Assembly: GCA_964601675.1 (NCBI GenBank)
Contig: CAZROF010000003.1
Location: 1-46,450, forward strand
Origin: Candidatus Woesearchaeota archaeon
Lineage (GTDB): Archaea > Nanobdellota > Nanobdellia > Pacearchaeales > GW2011-AR1
Direction: 5' to 3'
Length of the DNA: 46,450 nucleotides
Shown here: one piece after another, positions 18,187 through 27,778 of the stretch
Layout of the letters: every line of letters starts with the position of its first letter
How positions within the stretch are numbered: the stretch's first letter is position 1
Translations under genes and position numbers: made by a program
Notes under the pieces: model-generated
Database searches by the model: none
What the model saw: only the letters and a program-made list of their open reading frames with translations
Told to the model about the DNA's origin: nothing

Positions 18187-19143
18187 ATGATGAATAAAAT
18201 TAATAAAAAAGGTGATTATAAATATACTATTATTTTTTCGTTGATATTGGGATTGATGGTTTTAAGTCTTAGTTTGTATTTTATTTTTAATGAGGTTTGG
18301 AGTAGTAATGCTGCAGATAGGGAGATTTGTCGGCAGAGTATTCAGTTGCGAAGTTTGTTGCCAGAGTCTCGGCTTGGTGGTTATGATTTTAAATCTTTTA
18401 AGAATGAATTTCCTCTGAAATGTAAAACAAATGTTAAGACTATTGACAAGGGAGATATTGATAATCATAATGCTGAGAAGATTATTGCTGAAAGTATGGC
18501 TGAATGTTGGTCTCTTTTTGATAAAGGGGATGCTAGTGCTTTTCCTTCGTCCATTTATACAGATGGGAGTATTATTGTAAGATCTACTTGTGTCCCGTGT
18601 GCTAGAATTCATTTTACGGATGAAGCAAAGAATTATATTAAGCAAAATAAAATAAAAATTAATATTCGAGATGCCTTAAATTTAAAGATGAGTCAAGGAT
18701 TTAGTTATTATTCTTATTTGAGAGATTCTGGTAAAAAGTTTTCAGCATTTAATTTTGCTGCTGCTAGAGAATTCAATTTATCTAAAAATAGATTTAGGGT
18801 TGATAAGGATGCTGCTGCTTCAGCCATTCTTCATAATAAATTGAATGGGTTAACGAGTTTCTCACCACACGGGTTTGATAAGGGGCATTATAATCCTTTA
18901 GAATTAAGCGATGTCTCTCTTCCTGAGATTTTTAATATATCTCGGGGGGATTTATTAATTAATTATGGAATTGTGACTACTTCTATAAAATTGGATATTG
19001 GAGATTATATTCCGTATCTGTTTTATTTTCAGCAAGGGGGTTTGAAGAATTCTCCTTTTGATGAGATAAAAAACAGGTTTTTTGATGGACCTTTAGGTTT
19101 TAATGCAAATTTTTGTGAATCTTGGGAGGGAATCCCCGCATAA
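18187..19143 (+). CDS. Minor pilin, Cys-containing
   Basis: NKKG/DYKYTIIFSLILGLMVL; GGAGAGG RBS before ATG 18187. Confidence 0.8.
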   Translation: MMNKINKKGDYKYTIIFSLILGLMVLSLSLYFIFNEVWSSNAADREICRQSIQLRSLLPESRLGGYDFKSFKNEFPLKCKTNVKTIDKGDIDNHNAEKIIAESMAECWSLFDKGDASAFPSSIYTDGSIIVRSTCVPCARIHFTDEAKNYIKQNKIKINIRDALNLKMSQGFSYYSYLRDSGKKFSAFNFAAAREFNLSKNRFRVDKDAAASAILHNKLNGLTSFSPHGFDKGHYNPLELSDVSLPEIFNISRGDLLINYGIVTTSIKLDIGDYIPYLFYFQQGGLKNSPFDEIKNRFFDGPLGFNANFCESWEGIPA

Positions 19144-19493
19144 TGAAAAAGAAGGGTTCAATTTTGAATAATTCTGTTATTAATATTATTTTAGTTGCGA
19201 TTATCTTTGCGGTTTTTTTGTTGGCTGTTAGTGGAAGAGTAAATTCGCGTGACGTTCATCAACAGGTTTTGGAAAAACAGTTGGCCTTGTTGATTGATTC
19301 TGCTGATGTGGGGATGAGTTTTGGGGTTACTAAGGTTAATTTGAAGGGATTAGTTGATAATATTGAGGTTCATGATGGCAGGGTTTTTGCTAAGGTTGAT
19401 GGGTTTCCCTCATTTAAGGGTTATCCTTATTTTTCTAGGCATAGTGTTAGTGTTAGTGACGAGGGTGATAAATTTGTGGTGTATATTAAATGA
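19143..19493 (+). CDS. Minor pilin
   Basis: MKKKG/SILNNSVINIILVAIIFAVF; TAATG coupling. Confidence 0.82.
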   Translation: MKKKGSILNNSVINIILVAIIFAVFLLAVSGRVNSRDVHQQVLEKQLALLIDSADVGMSFGVTKVNLKGLVDNIEVHDGRVFAKVDGFPSFKGYPYFSRHSVSVSDEGDKFVVYIK

Positions 19494-20035
19494 GAAATAA
19501 ACGAGGAGAGACAGGGGTAGGAGAGGGAATTCAAATGATTATTAAGATGCTTTTGCTTTCAGTTATTGCGTTGGGTGTGTTTTCGCTTTCGGCTCTTTTT
19601 TATGAGTATCATATTGATGTTAGGGATGCTGAGGCTCGTATTTTGGCTAGAGAGATGAGTGAATGTTTGGCTGGAAATGGGGTTTTGAATTTGGATGGAA
19701 TTGGGAGGGTTGATAGGGATGAGATTATGGTTTATTGCGGGTTTTCTAGCTCAGATAGATTTTATGTTGGTGTTGATGTAATGGATGACAAGGGCGAAAA
19801 GATTGAAAAATTAAAGCAGGGAGATAGCGGAGCACTTTGGGTTAGGGATTTATTTGGTAAAACTCATGAATTAACTGGGGCGGTTATTGCTGGGGATGCC
19901 GTTTCGACGGTTGATAAAATTATAAATTATAATCCTGGCTATTTTGTTTTTGAATATCCTGTGTTTGTTATAAATAATGGCAATAGGATTAAGGGAAAAG
20001 TTAAGATGGAGGTTTTAATCAAAAATGAAGATTAA
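19490..20035 (+). CDS. Minor pilin
   Basis: MRNKRG/ETGVGE + hydrophobic helix; ATGA coupling. Confidence 0.8.
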   Translation: MRNKRGETGVGEGIQMIIKMLLLSVIALGVFSLSALFYEYHIDVRDAEARILAREMSECLAGNGVLNLDGIGRVDRDEIMVYCGFSSSDRFYVGVDVMDDKGEKIEKLKQGDSGALWVRDLFGKTHELTGAVIAGDAVSTVDKIINYNPGYFVFEYPVFVINNGNRIKGKVKMEVLIKNED

Positions 20036-20315
20036 TTTTGGAAAGCGTGCTCAGTTAGGGGGCTTTTTAGCCATGTTTGCTGCTGCCATTGCCATTGCCA
20101 TTATTTTATTTTTTTATGTTTTTTATGGTATAGGATTAGCTAAGACTGTTTCGGATTTTAAGGGCGGAATGGTTATTTATAATGAGAGTCAGGTTGAGAT
20201 TGGAAACGTTTTCAATTACACTAATCGTTATGTTAATTTAACTAGAGTTAGGTTTTTGGTTGCAGGGAGAGAAAGTTTAGATGTCGCTTTACGGGAGAAT
20301 GGATATGGAGGGTAG
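20025..20315 (+). CDS. Minor pilin
   Basis: GKRA/QLGGFLAMFAAAIAIAIILFF. Confidence 0.8.
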   Translation: MKINFGKRAQLGGFLAMFAAAIAIAIILFFYVFYGIGLAKTVSDFKGGMVIYNESQVEIGNVFNYTNRYVNLTRVRFLVAGRESLDVALRENGYGG

Positions 20316-20916
20316 TTGTCAGATGTTAAAAGTTAGTTTTCATGGAGGAATGCGAAAAAGAGGTGGAAGCGGATTATTTTCATTATGGATGGTAATTATG
20401 ACCTTGTTTTTGTGTGGGGTATCTATTTCTTTATATAATGTTCAACAGGATAAGCTTGCGGTTTCTTTGGTCTCACCTTTGCCTGTTTTGGAACTTCGAG
20501 ATAATTTGACCATTTTTGAAATGAGAGAAAAAAGTTTAATAAGGAAGAGTCTAGAGAAAACTTCTTCCGAATTTGGGTCTGATGAGTTTGCTTCTGAATT
20601 TAGGAAGAATTTTCTTTCTGGTTTAACGAGTGATATGAAGAGTTTTTTATTGCGGAACGTAGTGGTAAATAAAGAGAGTTCGGATTTGTGGGATGATGCT
20701 CTTAAGGATTCTTTTTTTAAAAATGTTGTTTATCGTGAAATTAGAATGAGCGGAGGTAAATTGCGGTTTACTAGAGGGAAGGTTGATAAAAGTTTGTCTC
20801 TTAGTTCTGGAAGTTGGAGTAGTGTTAATTTTCCTATAGAATTTGGTTATGAGTTTAAGAGGGAATATTTAATTAGCAAGGTTGGAAGTAATTTTATTAT
20901 AGAGGAGAGTGATTGA
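20281..20916 (+). CDS. Minor pilin (true start probably downstream of the ORF-track start)
   Basis: MRKRG/GSGLFSLWMVIMTLFLCG. Confidence 0.75.
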   Translation: MSLYGRMDMEGSCQMLKVSFHGGMRKRGGSGLFSLWMVIMTLFLCGVSISLYNVQQDKLAVSLVSPLPVLELRDNLTIFEMREKSLIRKSLEKTSSEFGSDEFASEFRKNFLSGLTSDMKSFLLRNVVVNKESSDLWDDALKDSFFKNVVYREIRMSGGKLRFTRGKVDKSLSLSSGSWSSVNFPIEFGYEFKREYLISKVGSNFIIEESD

Positions 20917-21113
20917 TGGATTTTGGAGGAATTGATAAGCGTAAGACGAAGGGGGATTTGAAGAGGAAGCGACTTGCTCGGGGATATAAGCGTGGAGGAA
21001 AATTTCGGACTGCTAATGTTGAAGAAGAAAGTGGAGGGAAGAGGGATAAAATGGGTAAATTAATTGTTGAGAAAAAGGTTGGAATGGGTGGGCGAAAAAA
21101 GAGGAAGTTTTAA
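20913..21113 (+). CDS. Small Lys/Arg/Gly-rich hypothetical protein
   Basis: 66-aa basic ORF coupled to the upstream stop. Confidence 0.5.
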   Translation: MMDFGGIDKRKTKGDLKRKRLARGYKRGGKFRTANVEEESGGKRDKMGKLIVEKKVGMGGRKKRKF

Positions 21114-21137
21114 ATAAAATGATTGAGTTTTTAGTTT

Positions 21138-21245
21138 ATGAATAAAGAGGTTTTGAAGTGGTTAAATTATCTTGCTGTTAGTATTGGTCTAGTTGCCTTA
21201 GGGCTTCTGATTTATGGCATTATTAGAGCTTTGTTTATAGTTTGA
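21138..21245 (+). CDS. Small 1-TM protein, 35 aa (not in ORF track)
   Basis: MNKEVLKWLNYLAVSIGLVALGLLIYGIIRALFIV*; TGATG coupling to the next gene. Confidence 0.55.
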   Translation: MNKEVLKWLNYLAVSIGLVALGLLIYGIIRALFIV

Positions 21246-21427
21246 TGGATAGATATTTTTTAGATTGGCTGGGTAATATTATTAATTATTCTATTTTGTT
21301 GCTGATTTTTTTAAGAAGTTATAATGGTGGTTATTTTAGTGTTTTTGATATGTCGTTGTCTGCGGTGGGGCTTATAGCATCTATTTTTATTTTTATCGTC
21401 AATTTAATTAATCGGGAGAATGAATAG
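21245..21427 (+). CDS. Small 2-TM protein
   Basis: Hydrophobic ORF abutting the peptidase start. Confidence 0.6.
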   Translation: MDRYFLDWLGNIINYSILLLIFLRSYNGGYFSVFDMSLSAVGLIASIFIFIVNLINRENE

Positions 21428-22294
21428 ATGGAGCTGGGAACTCTCATAGATTCATTTAGATTATTGATTGGGGCAGACCCTTTTTTGTTTTGGTTATTCT
21501 TGGGAGGAATTATTGTTGCTGGCTTACAGGATTTGAGGCGGCGTGAAGTTGACAATTGGTTGAATTTATTTTTATTGGTTTCTGGTTTGACATATATTTT
21601 TTATGGTGCTATTTCGGCTGGAGATTTTGATGTGTTATTTCATGTTGGTTTTTTGATGGTTGTTATGTTTGGGATTATGAATTTATTTTATTATGGTAGG
21701 ATTTTTGCTGGGGGTGATGCGAAACTATTGTTTGCCATGGTGGCCTTTTTTGTTGGTGTTACGTTTTGGGAGTCTATGATTAATATTGGGACGTTTATCT
21801 TTTTTTTGATGGTTGCTGGTTCTATTTATGGCTGGTTCTATTCTTTTGTTTTATGGTGGAAAAATAGGGATAATGTCAATAAAGAAATAAAGAAATTGGC
21901 AAAGGGTAATTGGATGTTGGCTGCTGCGGGAGTTGTGGGTATTATTTTAATGTTGTTTGGTTTTCTTAATTTTTTGTTTTTTTTGATGGGTATTTTGATA
22001 TTTATTTTTCCTTTTTTATTTGTGTTTGCTAAAAGTTTAGAAAATGTTTCTATGGTTCGGGAAGTTTCTGGGATGGAGCTTCGGGAGGGAGATTGGTTGA
22101 TTGAAGATATTAAAATTAAAGGGAAGACTATTAAGGCCAATTGGGATGGTTTGAGTTTGAGAGATGTGGAGTTGTTGAAAGGGAAAAAAAAGGTTTTAAT
22201 TAAAGAGGGCTTGCCTTTTGTCCCAGCATTTTTGATTGCGTTTTTGGGTTATGTATTTTTGAGAAGTTGGTTTTTGGGATTATTTTTTAGATAA
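21428..22294 (+). CDS. Prepilin peptidase, A24 family (FlaK/PibD-like)
   Basis: QDLRRREV first Asp, GGDAKL second Asp, C-terminal LPFVPAF. Confidence 0.92.
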   Translation: MELGTLIDSFRLLIGADPFLFWLFLGGIIVAGLQDLRRREVDNWLNLFLLVSGLTYIFYGAISAGDFDVLFHVGFLMVVMFGIMNLFYYGRIFAGGDAKLLFAMVAFFVGVTFWESMINIGTFIFFLMVAGSIYGWFYSFVLWWKNRDNVNKEIKKLAKGNWMLAAAGVVGIILMLFGFLNFLFFLMGILIFIFPFLFVFAKSLENVSMVREVSGMELREGDWLIEDIKIKGKTIKANWDGLSLRDVELLKGKKKVLIKEGLPFVPAFLIAFLGYVFLRSWFLGLFFR

Positions 22295-22296
22295 TG

Positions 22297-22887
22297 CTAA
22301 GGGATTCTTGGAGGTAATATTGGGATTTCTTCTTGTGTTGGCTTTTCCTCTTCTTTTGGGGTTTCTATTTTTTGAACTTTTAGTATTTCTTCCTGAAGTG
22401 TTTTTAATTCTTCTTCTGAAGCTTGGTGTTTTTCTGTTTCATTCCCATAGATTGGGACGATTTCTAATAGAGCGTGGTCCATGATTTTTAGTTCATTGAT
22501 TTTTACTTCTTGAGGTGAGAATTTATCTTTTATTTTTCTTGCAACTTCTTGTGTGATTTTGTCTGCTGATTCTGGGACTTTATCTAGGTGTTCTTTTGGG
22601 ATAATTAGAGAGTGTCCTTTGCTTAGGGGGTTGAGTTCTAGGATTGCTATGTAGTCGGAGTCTTCGGCTATTTTGTAAGAGGGGGTTTGCTCGGAAGTTA
22701 TTGAACAAAATATACATTGTCCTCCAAGATGTTTTAGGTTGTTTTGTTTAATGAATGATTCTATTTGCTCTGTTGTCATTGAGTTGATTTGCTCTGAAAT
22801 TTGAGCTCTTTTTTCTTCTGGGAAGTTATCTAATTGAGTTAGGAGTTGTTTTTTTATTTTGGAGGCTTCTTCTTCTGTGATTGGCAT
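22297..22887 (-). CDS. HIT-family protein with degenerate histidine triad
   Basis: CIFC, LNPLSKGHSLIIPKEH; the triad position reads HALLEIVP. Confidence 0.8.
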   Translation of the reverse strand: MPITEEEASKIKKQLLTQLDNFPEEKRAQISEQINSMTTEQIESFIKQNNLKHLGGQCIFCSITSEQTPSYKIAEDSDYIAILELNPLSKGHSLIIPKEHLDKVPESADKITQEVARKIKDKFSPQEVKINELKIMDHALLEIVPIYGNETEKHQASEEELKTLQEEILKVQKIETPKEEEKPTQEEIPILPPRIP

Positions 22888-22929
22888 GATTATTTTAGGT
22901 TATGAGAAGTTATAAAGTTTTTTGAAGGT

Positions 22930-23205
22930 TTATCCGACCACTCTTCGGTAATCGATTAGTTCTACTGAGGATACGCCCTCTATTTCACTGAATGCTTTTT
23001 CTACTTCGTCGGATTCTTCATCTTCTGAAAGTGCTATTGTTACAATTAGGGCTTTTAATCCGAATGCTATGGGTTCTTCTTTTGCTTCATTAAAAACTCC
23101 AGATTCGAAAGATTCTGTTGCTTTTTTTAGATTTGATTTAAGTTGTTCCAAATCTGTTTCTAAACTTTCGGGCATTATCTTAAATTGCATTCCTGCTGTT
23201 GCCAT
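22930..23205 (-). CDS. ef1b: Translation elongation factor 1-beta
   Basis: KIMPES, EEPIAFGLKAL, IEGVSSVE. Confidence 0.95.
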   Translation of the reverse strand: MATAGMQFKIMPESLETDLEQLKSNLKKATESFESGVFNEAKEEPIAFGLKALIVTIALSEDEESDEVEKAFSEIEGVSSVELIDYRRVVG

Positions 23206-23287
23206 ATGCTTTTTCTTTTTAGAAAAAAGAAATTCTCTGGAAGTAGAAAAAATTACCTTCCAAAAATTCTTTTTGATTTAATTTCAT
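23206..23287 (-). repeat. MKLN leader element, copy A (uORF 23287-23219, 22 aa)
   Basis: ATGAAATTAAATCAA...TTTTCTACTTCCAGAGAATTTCTTTTTTCTAAAAA; similar to copies at 29723 and 42430. Confidence 0.85.
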
Positions 23288-23289
23288 TT

Positions 23290-23436
23290 TTATGGACCTT
23301 TATGTTCGCATTTTACGCATTTATATTCATTTGAGAGACTTCTGCATTTGTCGCAACGTAGTATTTCGTTATTACATTTTGGACATGGGAATTTTACAAT
23401 TTTTGTTGTTTCTTTTCCGCAGCTTGTACATTTCAT
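23290..23436 (-). CDS. Zinc-ribbon protein, DUF1610/HVO_2753-like
   Basis: Four CxxC (CTSC, CPKC, CDKC, CVKC) ending in GP; typical neighbour of ef1b. Confidence 0.88.
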   Translation of the reverse strand: MKCTSCGKETTKIVKFPCPKCNNEILRCDKCRSLSNEYKCVKCEHKGP

Positions 23437-23603
23437 AGTTAGATGTCTTGAAAATGGTTTATAAAACTTACGTTGCAAGTTTTATAATTAATATTTATTG
23501 GTTTATCAGTAGGTATTCTTGGGTAGAGTGTAAGTTTTTCTAGTTTTTTTGATGTAGACTTAATCTCAATAATACTTAAATAGTGAGTTGGTTTTTTTGA
23601 TGT

Positions 23604-24554
23604 ATGAAAAATTATGAGTTATTAATTGATCGTATTGCTAGGTCTGCTGGTCTCGATCGCGGTGATGTTGAAAGTAAGGTTGAGTCCAAGAAAGCTAAAT
23701 TGTCTGGGTTAATTTCTAAAGAGGGCGCTGCTCAGATTATTGCTGCGGAGTTAGGAATTAGTTTTGAAGATGAAGATTTGAAGATTTCTGAGCTGATGGG
23801 CGGATTAAGAAAGGTTAATGTTATTGGGAAGGTTATGAATCTTTTTCCTATTCATGAATTTGAGAAGAATGATAGGAAAGGGAAGGTTATGAATTTTATT
23901 TTGGCTGATGATAGTGGAAGCACTCGTGTGGTTTTATGGGATGTTAATCATATTGAAATGTTTGAGAATGATAGTATTAAAGTTGGAGATGTTGTTGAAA
24001 TTAAGAATGGGTCTACTCGGGATAATGAGGTTCATCTTTCTAGTTTTGGTGAGTTGAAAAAGAGTGAGATTGTTATGGATGAGGTTAAGGATGCTCCAGT
24101 TGGTGGGGTTGAAGTTAGTTTAAGTGATGTTCGACAGGGAATGAGTGTGAAGAATAGGGGTGTTGTTGTGCAGGTTTTTCAGCCTAGGTTTTATTCTGTT
24201 TGTCCTACTTGTAATAAGAAGGGAGTGTTGGGAGATGATGGAATTTTTAAGTGTGCTGAACATGGGATTGTGGAGAAGAAGGATCGTGCTATTTTGAATT
24301 TTGTTTTAGATGATGGTACTGATAGTATGAGGGTTGTTATGTTTAGTGATCAGATTAATACCTTAATTCCAGAAGAAGATTTGAAAGATGAAGAAAAGGC
24401 TACTGCTTTTAGGGATGATTTTTTAGGGACGGAGATTTATTTAAGTGGACGAGTGAATAGGAATAAACTATTTAATAATTTGGAGATTATTGTTAGTAGT
24501 ATTGAAAAGATTGACGTGGATAAGTTAATTGAAGAATTAGATAAGAAAAGCTAA
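23604..24554 (+). CDS. rpa: Replication protein A (OB folds plus Zn finger)
   Basis: LADDSGSTRVVLWD and LDDGTDSMRVV OB motifs; CPTC...CAEHG. Confidence 0.88.
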   Translation: MKNYELLIDRIARSAGLDRGDVESKVESKKAKLSGLISKEGAAQIIAAELGISFEDEDLKISELMGGLRKVNVIGKVMNLFPIHEFEKNDRKGKVMNFILADDSGSTRVVLWDVNHIEMFENDSIKVGDVVEIKNGSTRDNEVHLSSFGELKKSEIVMDEVKDAPVGGVEVSLSDVRQGMSVKNRGVVVQVFQPRFYSVCPTCNKKGVLGDDGIFKCAEHGIVEKKDRAILNFVLDDGTDSMRVVMFSDQINTLIPEEDLKDEEKATAFRDDFLGTEIYLSGRVNRNKLFNNLEIIVSSIEKIDVDKLIEELDKKS

Positions 24555-24847
24555 ATATTTATATAATCTTTATTCTAGGTGGTATTGTGAAGTTTGTGGT
24601 AAGGGGATATATTTATACTATAATTGGTTTGCTTGTGAGCTAAATATGATTAACTCTGTAATTCTTTGAGAATAGTGATTAAAAAATATCATTGTAGAAA
24701 ATGTAAATAGTAATAGAATTATTATGGTGGTTATCTTAATTCTTTTTCCCATTTGTTATTTGAGGAATGGGCTGTTTTCAAAGATTTTTGTGTTTCCGAC
24801 GATAATTTTTTTATAATTATCTTTATAACTCGAGTTTTATTTTATTT

Positions 24848-25303
24848 TTGATGTTATTCAGGACGCACATTGTGTTTGGATTTTTGGTATGGCTGATTTT
24901 AATATTTTTTGTTAAGGCACCTTTTTTTATTCTTCTATTTATTTTAATTGGGAGTATTTTTTTAGATATTGATTCAAGCAAGAGTAAAATAGGAAATAAG
25001 TTTTGGTTTCTATCTTGGTTTTTTAGACATCGGGGTTTTTTGCATAGTTTGGTTGGTTGTTTATTTTTGAGTTTAATTATTGGTATTTTAAATTTGTGGG
25101 CTGGTTTCGGATTTTTTTTAGGAGGTATTTCTCATTTATTTTTAGATTGTTTAACTAGGGGTGGAGTTCGTTTGTTTTGGCCGTTTTCTTGGAAGATTAG
25201 GGGATTTGTCAGAAGTGGGTCTTGGATTGAAGACATTTTATTCGTTATTGGGTTGTTTCTTATTATCGCAGTTGTTTTTGAAAAATGGTTTTGGATGATA
25301 TAA
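24848..25303 (+). CDS. Membrane metal-dependent hydrolase, YdjM/DUF457-like
   Basis: RTH, LDID, HRGFLHS, SHLFLD, G.RLFWP. Confidence 0.85.
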   Translation: MMLFRTHIVFGFLVWLILIFFVKAPFFILLFILIGSIFLDIDSSKSKIGNKFWFLSWFFRHRGFLHSLVGCLFLSLIIGILNLWAGFGFFLGGISHLFLDCLTRGGVRLFWPFSWKIRGFVRSGSWIEDILFVIGLFLIIAVVFEKWFWMI

Positions 25304-25335
25304 ATTCTTATAAAGGAGGACTAGCATTTTGATAT

Positions 25336-26337
25336 ATGGTTGATGAGGATAAGAAAAAAGTTAAGAAGGTTTCTAAGAAAAAAGATGATTCCCCAAAGTT
25401 AATTGATCTTCCTGGAGTTGGTCCTGGAGCTGTAGCAAAATTAGAAGCTGCTGGAATTTATGAATTAATGGGACTTGCTGTTTTGACTCCGGCTCAGTTA
25501 AGTGAGACTGCTGGCATGAGTGAGGCTGTTGCTCGTAAGGCTATTCAGGCTTCTCGTAAAATGATGGATATGGGTTTTATGGATGGGCTGGCTCATGAAG
25601 AAAAAAGGAAGGAATTGTTTCATATTACTACTGGATCTAAAAATGTAGATAATCTTCTGGGAGGAAAAGGTATTCAGACTAAGTCAATAACTGAGGCTTT
25701 TGGGGCTTTTGGCTCTGGTAAGACTCAATTGGCTTTGTCTTTAGCTGTTGGTGTTCAGTTGCCTATTGAGCAGGGTGGTGCGAATGGGAAATGTGTTTAT
25801 ATCGATACTGAGGGGACTTTTAGGCCAGAGAGAGTTAGACAATTTGCTGAGGGCATTGATGCCAACGCAGATAAGGTTTTGAAGAATATTTTGGTTGCTC
25901 GGGCCTTTAATAGTGATCATCAAATGTTATTGTTAGATAGAGTGGTGGATTTAATTAATGAGGGTGAGCCGATTCGTTTGATGATTATTGATTCTTTAAC
26001 GGCGCATTTTAGGGCAGAGTTTTCTGGTAGGGGACAATTGGCGGATAGACAGCAGAGATTGAATCGTTATTTACATAATTTAATGAAGGTTGCTGAACAA
26101 AGCAACATTGCAGTTTATGTTACTAATCAGGTTATGTCAGATCCTGCGCAATTGTTTGGAGATCCTACAAAAGCAATTGGTGGGAATATTGTTGGACATG
26201 CCTGTACTTATCGTATGTATTTGCGAAGAGGAAAAAAGGATTCCAGGGTTTGTAAGTTAATTGATAGCCCTGATTTGCCCGATAATGAGACGGTGTTTAT
26301 GATTGAGACGGGCGGATTGCGTGATATAGATCTTTAA
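25336..26337 (+). CDS. radA: DNA repair and recombination protein RadA
   Basis: LPGVGP HhH, GAFGSGKTQ, YIDTEGTFRPER, IIDSLTAHFR. Confidence 0.97.
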   Translation: MVDEDKKKVKKVSKKKDDSPKLIDLPGVGPGAVAKLEAAGIYELMGLAVLTPAQLSETAGMSEAVARKAIQASRKMMDMGFMDGLAHEEKRKELFHITTGSKNVDNLLGGKGIQTKSITEAFGAFGSGKTQLALSLAVGVQLPIEQGGANGKCVYIDTEGTFRPERVRQFAEGIDANADKVLKNILVARAFNSDHQMLLLDRVVDLINEGEPIRLMIIDSLTAHFRAEFSGRGQLADRQQRLNRYLHNLMKVAEQSNIAVYVTNQVMSDPAQLFGDPTKAIGGNIVGHACTYRMYLRRGKKDSRVCKLIDSPDLPDNETVFMIETGGLRDIDL

Positions 26338-26439
26338 TTTTAATTCTTAGCGGTTTGTGCGGCGTTGGAAGAACGCTTATGTGCGGGTGCACACTTGCGT
26401 GACTTTCCGCCTTGTCTAAACCTGCTAAGAATTAAAATT
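26336..26439. repeat. Bulged inverted-repeat element, copy 1 (after radA)
   Basis: 16-bp perfect IR AATTTTAATTCTTAGC/GCTAAGAATTAAAATT plus GGTTT/AAACC with one unpaired T. Confidence 0.85.
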
Positions 26440-26684
26440 GTTGGTGGTGGGGGTTGGGTGGTGCTTTGTGGCTGGGGGTGCTGTTATGCTCTTTTGGGTT
26501 TTAGTAGGGTTTGGTTAGTGATGCAATTTTTGGTTTTTGGTGGGTAGTTAGATTTTTAGGGTCTCAGGATTCTGGCTAAATATGAATTTTCCCCTGCAAT
26601 TTTTTTTATTAAATCTAACTTTATGATTGATTAATAATAGAAAACAATATAAATTCTATTAAATATTTTTAATTATAATATAAA

Positions 26685-27599
26685 ATGTTTAATCTAAAAA
26701 AATATATATTTAATAAGAAGGGAGTGGCTTCTGCTGTTATAGCAACTGCTTTATTATTCATAGCTGCAATTTTTATAATAATTGGTTTTGGTGTTTGGAT
26801 TTCTTCTTCTTATTCTGGCACAACTCAAAGAACTGCTCAAAATATAGTTTGTCCGACAAATTATTTATTTGTTTCAGGAAATCCTAGTTTAAGTATCGTG
26901 GATTTTTGTGTTATGAAATATGAGGCAAAAAATGTTGGTGGAGTAGCCACATCCCAAGCTACATTAAGTCCGTGGGCTAGTATTAATCAAACTGATGCAA
27001 GAATTGTTTGTTCCAAGTTAGGTGCAGGATATCATTTAATAACTGATCCTGAATGGATGACTATTGCTCGTGAAATTGAACAAGTCCCAAGTAATTGGAA
27101 TTCAAATGTTGTTGGAAGTGATTGGATTTATTCGGGTCATAATGATGGTGTTCCTAGTAATGCTTTAAACGCATCAATAAATGATAATGATGGCTATTAT
27201 GGAACTGGTAATACTGCATCAAGTAATCAAAGAAGAACTTTGACTTTATCCAATGGTGGAGTTATATGGGATTTCTCCGGCAATGTTGAAGAGTGGGATA
27301 ATAATACATTATTGGGTGCAGATGGTAGTTTGGGTGGTCAGTCCAATGTTTTTCATGAATGGACTTCAATTAGTGGTTATAATTATTTCAAATTATCAAA
27401 TTTGTTGTATAATTCCACTCAAGGTGTTGGTAAGGTTTATACTTACGATAGTGCTATTTGGTTTGTTAAAAATCATGCTTTTTTACGCGGGGGTTTTTGG
27501 GCTAATGGGGATATTGCTGGTGTCTTGGCTTTGTTTTTGGGGCATCCTCCATCGTTTTCGGCTTTAGATATTGGTTTTCGCTGTTCCTATATGCAATAA
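26685..27599 (+). CDS. Class III signal peptide + FGE-sulfatase/C-type-lectin-fold protein (DGR-target-like)
   Basis: NKKG/VASAVI; CPTNY, FCVMKYEA, LITDPEW, DFSGNVEEW, LRGGFW...IGFRC. Confidence 0.88.
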   Translation: MFNLKKYIFNKKGVASAVIATALLFIAAIFIIIGFGVWISSSYSGTTQRTAQNIVCPTNYLFVSGNPSLSIVDFCVMKYEAKNVGGVATSQATLSPWASINQTDARIVCSKLGAGYHLITDPEWMTIAREIEQVPSNWNSNVVGSDWIYSGHNDGVPSNALNASINDNDGYYGTGNTASSNQRRTLTLSNGGVIWDFSGNVEEWDNNTLLGADGSLGGQSNVFHEWTSISGYNYFKLSNLLYNSTQGVGKVYTYDSAIWFVKNHAFLRGGFWANGDIAGVLALFLGHPPSFSALDIGFRCSYMQ

Positions 27600-27778
27600 A
27601 CTTTAATGTGGATTGGTTGGGTGGTGCAACTTTTGGTTTTGGGGGTTTTTGTTGGTATTTTTATGAGGAGTTGTTTTAGAATTGAGGTGCGGGTTATGAA
27701 TGGAGATTATTATCTTATGATAATATATATTTTAATTTATATACATAAAATATAAATGATGATTTATTTCTTGTATAG

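Noticed and set aside
24580-24710. CEVC and CRKC fragments suggesting a decayed zinc-ribbon gene
   Set aside because: Fragments are interrupted by stops, with no start; too weak to call
26365-26547. 60-aa ORF after radA
   Set aside because: Overlaps the hairpin element and low-complexity G/T DNA
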